Positions 31,831 to 37,300 of a stretch of 37,300 nt of DNA are shown here, piece by piece (position 1 is the stretch's first letter; each line of letters begins with the position of its first letter). The notes under the pieces are model-generated. The model was not told where the DNA came from, searched no databases, and worked only from the letters and a program-made list of their open reading frames with translations. This stretch comes from Acidimicrobiaceae bacterium (GTDB lineage: Bacteria > Actinomycetota > Acidimicrobiia > Acidimicrobiales > Palsa-688). The stretch is from assembly GCA_009785715.1 (NCBI GenBank), contig WQVT01000001.1:1-37300 (forward strand), written 5' to 3'. The position numbers and the translations under genes are program-made.

Positions 31831-33800
31831 CTGCGGGCTGCGCCGGAGACTTCCTGCAGTACCTCGTGTTCGTGATGGGTGTGATGCCTGCCGAGCACCA
31901 CCTCGTGATCTGCGAGCGGCTGCTGTACGGCACGCCGATGGAGTTGATCCTTGGTCCGCCGGACTCGGGGAAGTGCGTGGCCGGGAGTGACACCATCCCG
32001 CTAGCGGATGGGCGTCGGAAGCTGGCGGCTGAATTGGTGGGCACCGACTTCTCGCTGCTGACCGTGACAGAGGCGGGTATCGAGCCGGTTCGGGCGCACG
32101 CGGAGTGGAACCGCCTGGAGCCGGTCTACGAGGTGATGACCGACTCCGGTCGCCGCATCCGGCGTAACGCCCAGCACCCGCTCTGGTGCGCGGACACGCA
32201 GCGCGACGGATTGCGGGTGCGGCGCACATGGCAGGCGGTTGGGAAGCACGGGTCGGGCCGGATGCTCCTGAAGCGGGAGGGCTGGTGGGCAGTGGCGGAC
32301 ATCCGTCCGGGTGATCTGGTCGCAGTCGCAGCGGAGCTTCCGTATCGCCCCTGGTGCAGCACACTCACCGATGCCGAGGTGGCGTTTCTCGCCTACATGA
32401 TCGCGGAAGGGACGGTCGGCTCGGGGACACTGCGCCTCACGCAGAAGCCGGGCGCGGTGCTTGACGATATGAGGGAGGTCGCGCGATCGGTGGGCTGCGA
32501 TCTGCGGCCGGTCTCCGCGATTGACTACACGGTGGCCGGAATCGGAAACCGACAGGGCCAGGCGAAGCGGCGGAATCCGGGCAAGGAACTGCTGCGGGCT
32601 CACGGCGTACTGGGCAGGCACTCGCGAGAGAAGCGGGTGCCGGACGCCGTCTGGGGGCTGCCGGACCGGCAGGTGGCGCTGTTCTTGAACCGGCTCTACG
32701 CCTGCGACGGATCGGCGCTCGTCAACTGGAAGGTGCGTTGCCCGGTGGGGCTGGTGACTTTCACCTCGGCCTCACGCGGGCTGGTCGAGGATGTTCAGGA
32801 GTTACTGCTCCGGTTCGGCGTGTCAAGTCGCATCCGGCATCGGGAGGCGCAGAACGCGTGGACGGTGGACATCCAGCGGGCGGCCGATCTGCTGGCGTTC
32901 GCGACCAAGATCGGGGCGCTCGGCAAAGAGGCGCGGATCGACGAGGTCCGGCGGTTCGCCTCGACGCGCCGCAATCTCCAGCGGTGGCGACGGGCCGGGT
33001 TGCCGGACGGTCTTCAGTGGGAGCGTGTGCGGTCGGTCACGTACACGGGCGATGAGCGGACGGTGGCGATCGAGGTGCCAGGTCACCAGACGTTCCTGAG
33101 CACGTTCTGGGAGCACAACACCACGATCATGGTGGGCTACATCACCTGGACTTTGGGGCGGAATCCGAACTACCGCTGGCTGGTCGCGAGTGAGGGTGCA
33201 GTGGGGATCGCGACGGTGACGGTGACGCAGGTGGCGGAGACGATCGCGGCGAACGAGCGTTACCAGATGGTGTTCGGGGCGTTGCGTGATCCCCGAGGTC
33301 GGGGTGAGTGGTCGTCGCAGTCGATCAGGTTGCGCACGTATCTCTCGACGCGGGAGGCGGCGCGGCTGCATCAGCCGCCGAGTCCACCGGCACCGCCGTG
33401 GCTGCAGTTGCCGGAGAGGAGCAAGCCGCCGATGGCGACGATGATCAGTCCGCGCCGGGGTCGGGATGCGGCGCTGGCGCATCCCAACGTGAAGGCGGTG
33501 GGGTGGCGGTCGGGGTACACGGGTGTTCGGTGTGAGGGGATCGTGTGTGACGACCTGGTGTCGGACCGATCGTCGCGTTCGGAGGCGATGACGGACGCGA
33601 TCCACTCGACGCTGCACCAGAAGCTGTTGGCGCGGTTGACGGGTCAGCAGCAGCGGGTGGTGGTGTTGGGTCAGCGGTGGGCACCGAGGGACCTGTACGG
33701 GCGGCTTTTGGAGTCGTCGACGGTGTCGTTCAACAGCAACCCCAACAACGAGGGGTTGGAGGTCTTGGAGGGGGTGGAGGAGGAGCCAGGGCTGGATTGA
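31737..33800 (+). CDS. terL: Terminase large subunit, ATPase part, interrupted by an intein; no nuclease domain recognisable
   Basis: The exteins read ...FLQYLVFVMGVMPAEHHLVICERLL...LILGPPDSGK | TTIMVGYITW... (Walker A GPPDSGKT restored after splicing). Later motifs are GIVCDDLVSD (Walker B-like) and VVVLGQRWAPRDLYGRLL (RWHxxDL-type coupling motif). The ORF stops 27 codons after that motif. The start codon is uncertain between 31737 and ~31830. Confidence 0.75.
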   Translation: MGGGGVAVAVGSVERGGVGHASSRPSYWQQVAAGCAGDFLQYLVFVMGVMPAEHHLVICERLLYGTPMELILGPPDSGKCVAGSDTIPLADGRRKLAAELVGTDFSLLTVTEAGIEPVRAHAEWNRLEPVYEVMTDSGRRIRRNAQHPLWCADTQRDGLRVRRTWQAVGKHGSGRMLLKREGWWAVADIRPGDLVAVAAELPYRPWCSTLTDAEVAFLAYMIAEGTVGSGTLRLTQKPGAVLDDMREVARSVGCDLRPVSAIDYTVAGIGNRQGQAKRRNPGKELLRAHGVLGRHSREKRVPDAVWGLPDRQVALFLNRLYACDGSALVNWKVRCPVGLVTFTSASRGLVEDVQELLLRFGVSSRIRHREAQNAWTVDIQRAADLLAFATKIGALGKEARIDEVRRFASTRRNLQRWRRAGLPDGLQWERVRSVTYTGDERTVAIEVPGHQTFLSTFWEHNTTIMVGYITWTLGRNPNYRWLVASEGAVGIATVTVTQVAETIAANERYQMVFGALRDPRGRGEWSSQSIRLRTYLSTREAARLHQPPSPPAPPWLQLPERSKPPMATMISPRRGRDAALAHPNVKAVGWRSGYTGVRCEGIVCDDLVSDRSSRSEAMTDAIHSTLHQKLLARLTGQQQRVVVLGQRWAPRDLYGRLLESSTVSFNSNPNNEGLEVLEGVEEEPGLD
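31974..33119 (+). mobile_element. Intein (382 aa) with a LAGLIDADG homing endonuclease, inserted in the TerL P-loop
   Basis: It begins with Cys (CVAGSDTIPLADG) directly after GPPDSGK. It ends ...VAIEVPGHQTFLSTFWEHN, followed by a Thr +1 nucleophile. The two LAGLIDADG blocks are FLAYMIAEGTVG and FLNRLYACDGSA. Confidence 0.85.
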
Positions 33801-34905
33801 GGCGGCTCGGCCTGTCGGGAGTGGCCGGGTTGGACGGGGTCGTCGTCCGGGCTGGGTAGGGAAGGCATGTCGGGGACGAGTTGGGCCGGGGTGGGTTGTC
33901 GGTGACAGGTGTGGTGCGGACTGTCGCCGGGGGGCGGGGCGGATCGGTATGTCTCGGCAGGATTCGGCATGTCGGGTCGGAACGGTTCGGCCCGCTCGGC
34001 TTGTCTGGGATGGTCGGCATTGAATCGGATCGGCATGTCGGACAGGGCTGATCAGGTGCGGGTTGTCGGTGTGACAAGGACGGGTTGGGTCGGGCAAGGT
34101 TTGTCGGGTGGAGGGCAAGGCTCGGGATGGCATGTCAGCGAGGCATGGTCAGGCGTGTCGGCCAGGCATGGCTGTGGTTGGGCTCGTCGGGCGCGGCATG
34201 GGACGGGACGGTCGCGGCCAGGCATGTCGGTGTGGCTGGGAGCGGTTTGTCGTCGGAATAGGCGTGGCGTGGGATGTCGTGGACGGATAGGCATGGGATG
34301 GCCTGGGATGTCGGGGCGGTGAGGTGAGTCGGGGAGTGGCGTGTCCTGGCCTGTCGGGTGGGCATGTCGGGGGGCGAGGCGTTGGCGTGGGATGGACAGT
34401 CGGAGTGGCCCGGCAGGTACTGGATAGGTCTTTCGGATCGGCGAGGCATGGGGCGGGAGCAGACCTGGCGCGGCCTGTCGGTCGGGAAGGGGGGGTCGGA
34501 TTGTCGGTGCGGAACGAACGGGGATGGGCAGGACAGTCTTCGGGACTGGTAGGGCTCGGCTTGTCGGTGGGGAGTGAGGCGTGGTGGGGGTCGGATTGTC
34601 GTTCGTCGGGGGGTGGGAAGGTGTGGACCGGAGTGTCGGCACGGGTTGGAGTGGAGCGGCATGTCGGACTGGGCGGGGCAAGGGTTGTCGGGGTGGTCCG
34701 GACGGTGGAGGGGTGGCGTGGAGTGTCGGGCGGGAATAGGGACGGGTCGGGTAGTCGGCGTGGAGTGGGCCGCAGAGGGGTGGCCTGTCGGATCGGTGCC
34801 GGAACGGGCGGGGTCGGCCTGTCGGAACGGATTGGGGGGGCATGTCGGCACGGTTCGGCGTGATCCGGACTGGGATGTCGGGTGGTGCGGATAGGTGAGG
34901 GGTGT
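33801..34905 (+). repeat. G-rich non-coding array of same-orientation GGCNTGTCGG motifs (23 exact TGTCGG cores plus about 12 degenerate)
   Basis: See the first finding for the coordinates of every exact copy. No CCGACA occurs on the + strand in this interval. The copies fall in all three phases. Confidence 0.8.
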
Positions 34906-34906
34906 C

Positions 34907-35554
34907 CTAGGCGATCTGCTCGAAGTCGATCAAGTCGAAGGTGCCGGAGCCTTGTGAGCGGTCAGCGCCGAGGCCGCCGTCCTGGAGGTATTCGAGGATG
35001 GTGCGGAGGTGGGTTTCTTTGACGATGCCGTCTCTCAGGATGCGGATGTTGAACTGGAGGGGGACGTCGGTGGCGTATTCGACGGCTTTGAGGGAGGTGC
35101 GAGGACCCTGCATGGTCATGACCTGGATGGGTCGTTCTGTGAGGTGGAGGATGTCGCCGGGCTGGTGGGTCTCACCGCAGCCGCAGATGATGGGGCAGCC
35201 GCCGATTCTGGGGTCGACGAAGACGCGTTCTGCGAGTTTGGAGCGGAAGTTCTTGACATCGAGGACGCCGGAGCGGGAGGCGGTGGAGCCGAGGATGTTC
35301 GCGGCCTCTTTGATGGCGGCTTTCATGGCGCGGGACTCGTATTCGGGGGAGCCGTCGGGGGCGCGCCAGAAGATGGTGGTGTGGGTGTCTTCGGGGTTGA
35401 ACTCCTGTCGGATGGCGAGTTGTTGAGCGGCCTGGTCGGCGGCATCGGCGGGGGCTTTGTTGGAGGCGAGCCAGGCGTCTATCAAGCGTGGGTTGCCGGG
35501 GAAGCCGCCGGTCAAGCGGTGGGCGTGGGCGCGGAAGAGGAAGGTGTCGAACAT
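34907..35554 (-). CDS. Hypothetical protein (215 aa) with a C-terminal RAMP-like glycine-rich loop
   Basis: High GC3 with C-ending codons. The C-terminus LQDGGLGADRSQGSGTFDL has the GhGxxxxxGxG spacing seen in Cas5/6/7 RAMP proteins. The CPIICGC cluster is unexplained. The family is unknown to me. Confidence 0.6.
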   Translation of the reverse strand: MFDTFLFRAHAHRLTGGFPGNPRLIDAWLASNKAPADAADQAAQQLAIRQEFNPEDTHTTIFWRAPDGSPEYESRAMKAAIKEAANILGSTASRSGVLDVKNFRSKLAERVFVDPRIGGCPIICGCGETHQPGDILHLTERPIQVMTMQGPRTSLKAVEYATDVPLQFNIRILRDGIVKETHLRTILEYLQDGGLGADRSQGSGTFDLIDFEQIA

Positions 35555-35596
35555 GGTGGGAGGCTACCCTAGCAGGGTGTGAGTCAAACCTGCGGG

Positions 35597-36412
35597 CTAT
35601 CGGGAGGGTCCGTGGAAGGAGCGACCTTTGGGGAGTGGGCGGATGGGGAGGCGTTGTGGCTCGCGGCGGCCTTTGTTGTAGGCGGCGAGGAACTGTTCTG
35701 CCATGGCCTGGTCGATCCGCTGGTGCTGGAGGAGTGAGAGTTCCTTGGCGGCGGCCATGACGCGGGAGGGTTTCAGGAAGCGGAATTTTTGAGCGACGCC
35801 GTTCTGGGCGGCTTCGGGGTAGGCCCCGAGGAATGCGACAAGGCCATCCAGGAACCAGGTGTGACAGCAATCCTGGTCATCTTCCCAGACGTCGTGGATG
35901 AGGGAGAAGGCGGTTTCGAGGGTGCCGAGTTCGACGCCGCGCACGAGGGGAGCGGTGGCAGCGATGGCCTTGGTGCGGTGTTTGCGACCGGCGCGGTCCA
36001 AGCGGTAGCCGAACTGGGTGAGGATGCGGTGGGCTTCGACGGCGACGGGGTCACCGGCGGTGATGCGGGCCTGGAATTCGGCGAGGGCGACGAACTGCTT
36101 GCGGTTCTGGTTCAGGTCCAGGCATAGCTGGGCGGCCTTGGCTTGGGAATCGACATCCCAGTGGACGCGAGCCCAGAGGGCGGTGATGTGGAAATGGCGG
36201 GCGTTGATGAGTCGAGTGCCGCCGTCGGCTGCGCAGAAGATGCCGTTCTGGGCTTTGGTGGGGCGGGAGTCGAGGTCGGGGTAGGAGTCGATGTCGTGGG
36301 CGAGGTCTGGCCGCCAGGCGTCCCAGAGGGCGTGGTTCTTGCGGGTATTGACGAGCGGGTCGATCTTCAGATTGGCGACGGGCAGGAGTTCGCGGGAGAT
36401 GCGGTCGTCCAT
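35597..36412 (-). CDS. ParB/Srx-fold-like protein (271 aa), third in the window
   Basis: The N-terminus LPVANLKIDPLVNTRKNH...GIFCAADGGTRLINARHF resembles the ParB-N DGxxR core. High GC3. Confidence 0.5.
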   Translation of the reverse strand: MDDRISRELLPVANLKIDPLVNTRKNHALWDAWRPDLAHDIDSYPDLDSRPTKAQNGIFCAADGGTRLINARHFHITALWARVHWDVDSQAKAAQLCLDLNQNRKQFVALAEFQARITAGDPVAVEAHRILTQFGYRLDRAGRKHRTKAIAATAPLVRGVELGTLETAFSLIHDVWEDDQDCCHTWFLDGLVAFLGAYPEAAQNGVAQKFRFLKPSRVMAAAKELSLLQHQRIDQAMAEQFLAAYNKGRREPQRLPIRPLPKGRSFHGPSR

Positions 36413-36418
36413 TGGGTC

Positions 36419-36823
36419 CTAGTTCCAGTGCTGGAGGGGGAGTTGGCGCACGGCGGCGCGGAGGAGCGAGATGCTTTCGGGGTCGAGGCTGTCGAGGAGG
36501 CGCTGGCGGTTGCGTTTGAGGAGGCGCTGGCAGGCGCGGAGTTCTCTGGTGCGAGCGGGGTTCGGGGGGTAGTGCTGATCGGCTTCCAGGAAGACATCCA
36601 CGAGGTGGCGCGAGTAGTGGGCATTACGGACATCCCACTCGGCGAGTGGGTTCAGGGGGATGGCGAAGTCTTCCACCGGGTGGTCGAGCAGCGGCTCGGG
36701 GTGGAGATAGGGGTGGCGACGGCTGGCGGGGACGCCGTCACACCGCGCACAGCAGTCGCTCGTTGGCCGCCAGTGGGTTGCGCCGCATTCAGAGCAGCGT
36801 TTGGCGGCGGATTTTCGGGCCAT
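36419..36823 (-). CDS. Zinc-ribbon protein (134 aa), first gene of the leftward operon
   Basis: I prefer ATG 36823 (MARKSAAKRCSECGATHWRPTSDCCARCDG...) over the longer ORF to 37078, whose upstream part has poor coding character. Confidence 0.55.
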   Translation of the reverse strand: MARKSAAKRCSECGATHWRPTSDCCARCDGVPASRRHPYLHPEPLLDHPVEDFAIPLNPLAEWDVRNAHYSRHLVDVFLEADQHYPPNPARTRELRACQRLLKRNRQRLLDSLDPESISLLRAAVRQLPLQHWN

Positions 36824-36971
36824 GCCCCAAATGCTCGCAGGTTCGAAACGCACCAATTTCGAAAGAAAGTGGCTCAAACGCCGCGCGCGCGCGCGTATTC
36901 GGTGGGCGGTGAAAAGTTGCCGTCCGGGGAGGGTAGCGGTAAGGGGTCGGGGAGTGTTAGGGTCCGGGTAG

Positions 36972-37010
36972 CAACAAAGAGAGCCGCCACCCGCTCGACC
37001 ATGGGTGGCG
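36972..37010 (-). terminator. Candidate leftward intrinsic terminator
   Basis: 8-bp stem CGCCACCC / GGGTGGCG (36985-36992 / 37003-37010) with a 10-nt loop. On the minus strand it is followed by CTCTCTTTGTTGC. Confidence 0.4.
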
Positions 37011-37300
37011 ACCCTCACGAGTCTTCGTGTTGCTTGCCCAACACGGCGACCGGGCATAAGCGTACAGGAGAGCGGCAACGAAGGGGTAGCGCCCTCTGTC
37101 GCAGAGGTGCGCAGGAGAGCCGTCAGAGGGAGACGTTTTTCGCGTCTGCTGGGACCAGAGCAGGTTCAGGCGAACGCGGTGCGGACGGACGGGTGCGAGC
37201 GACGACGGCTCGGAAAAAATCGGTCGGGGCAACACTGGGCGGGGGGCTAAGGCGTCTCGTGTAGGCTTCGACGCCCAGACAAACCAAACCGGTCCCGGCC

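Noticed and set aside
33671-34894. Long ORFs across the array: Pro-rich leftward ORFs 34052-34843, 34135-34851, 33730-34077 and 33671-34036; Gly-rich rightward ORFs 33909-34322, 34324-34863 and 34574-34894
   Set aside because: All frames stay open because extreme G/C strand bias removes stop codons. The DNA motif falls in all three phases. The translations are low-complexity (PDMP/PTCP or GMSG periodicities) and overlap each other.
33801-34905. Is the repeat array a CRISPR array?
   Set aside because: The conserved unit is only 6-10 bp and spacing is irregular (13-111 bp). There is no 25-40-bp repeat alternating with similar-length spacers. No cas genes are recognisable apart from one weak RAMP-like motif.
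36836-36866. GGTTCGAAAC resembling a tRNA T-loop
   Set aside because: No flanking T-stem, acceptor stem or anticodon arm can be drawn. The box is duplicated as a direct repeat, so it fits a protein-binding site better.
774-37264. Many long antisense or off-frame ORFs in the track (e.g. 774-1508 -, 4251-5408 -, 6627-8309 -, 10803-11801 -, 18687-19745 -, 31306-32364 -, 32823-34133 -, 36143-37264 +)
   Set aside because: Their Arg/Pro/Ala/Gly-rich translations have low GC3 and lie wholly inside better-supported genes on another frame or strand. These are typical shadow ORFs of high-GC DNA.

Overview
The window reads as one contiguous piece of a high-GC, siphovirus-like phage or prophage genome of actinobacterial style, with TANNNT -10 boxes and several apparently leaderless genes. 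All calls come from reading the sequence and ORF track by eye; no database search was possible.

Layout:
- 1-13.8 kb (+): end of the tape measure gene, then a tail module. The module is dominated by two giant ORFs (2305 and 1014 aa) that share one reading frame and are separated only by a TAG. Two HNH endonuclease genes sit among the tail genes.
- 13.9-16.95 kb (-): a leftward accessory cassette of uncharacterised genes, one of them DUF1281-like.
- 16.95-17.02 kb: back-to-back divergent promoters of a conserved family.
- 17.0-31.4 kb (+): a rightward early operon, mostly coupled by ATGA/GTGA overlaps. It encodes DUF932, an HTH protein, ERF annealase, a Cas4-like nuclease, a G39P-like loader, DUF2493/SLOG, a third HNH, VRR-NUC, two ParB-N-domain proteins and a WDGH/RyR protein. 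At 25.6-26.2 kb it is interrupted by a leftward promoter, a roughly 400-nt GC-rich leader or ncRNA candidate and a 41-aa acidic ORF.
- 31.7-33.8 kb (+): a terminase large-subunit ATPase with a LAGLIDADG intein in its Walker A loop. No nuclease domain is recognisable.
- 33.8-34.9 kb: a very G-rich non-coding array holding 23 exact and about a dozen degenerate same-orientation copies of GGCNTGTCGG.
- 34.9-36.8 kb (-): a convergent three-gene operon (zinc-ribbon protein, third ParB-like protein, protein with a RAMP-like glycine loop).
- 36.8-37.3 kb: structured non-coding DNA.

I recognised no rRNA, tRNA, CRISPR array, integrase or DNA polymerase. The most unusual element is the motif array and its ParB-like neighbourhood.
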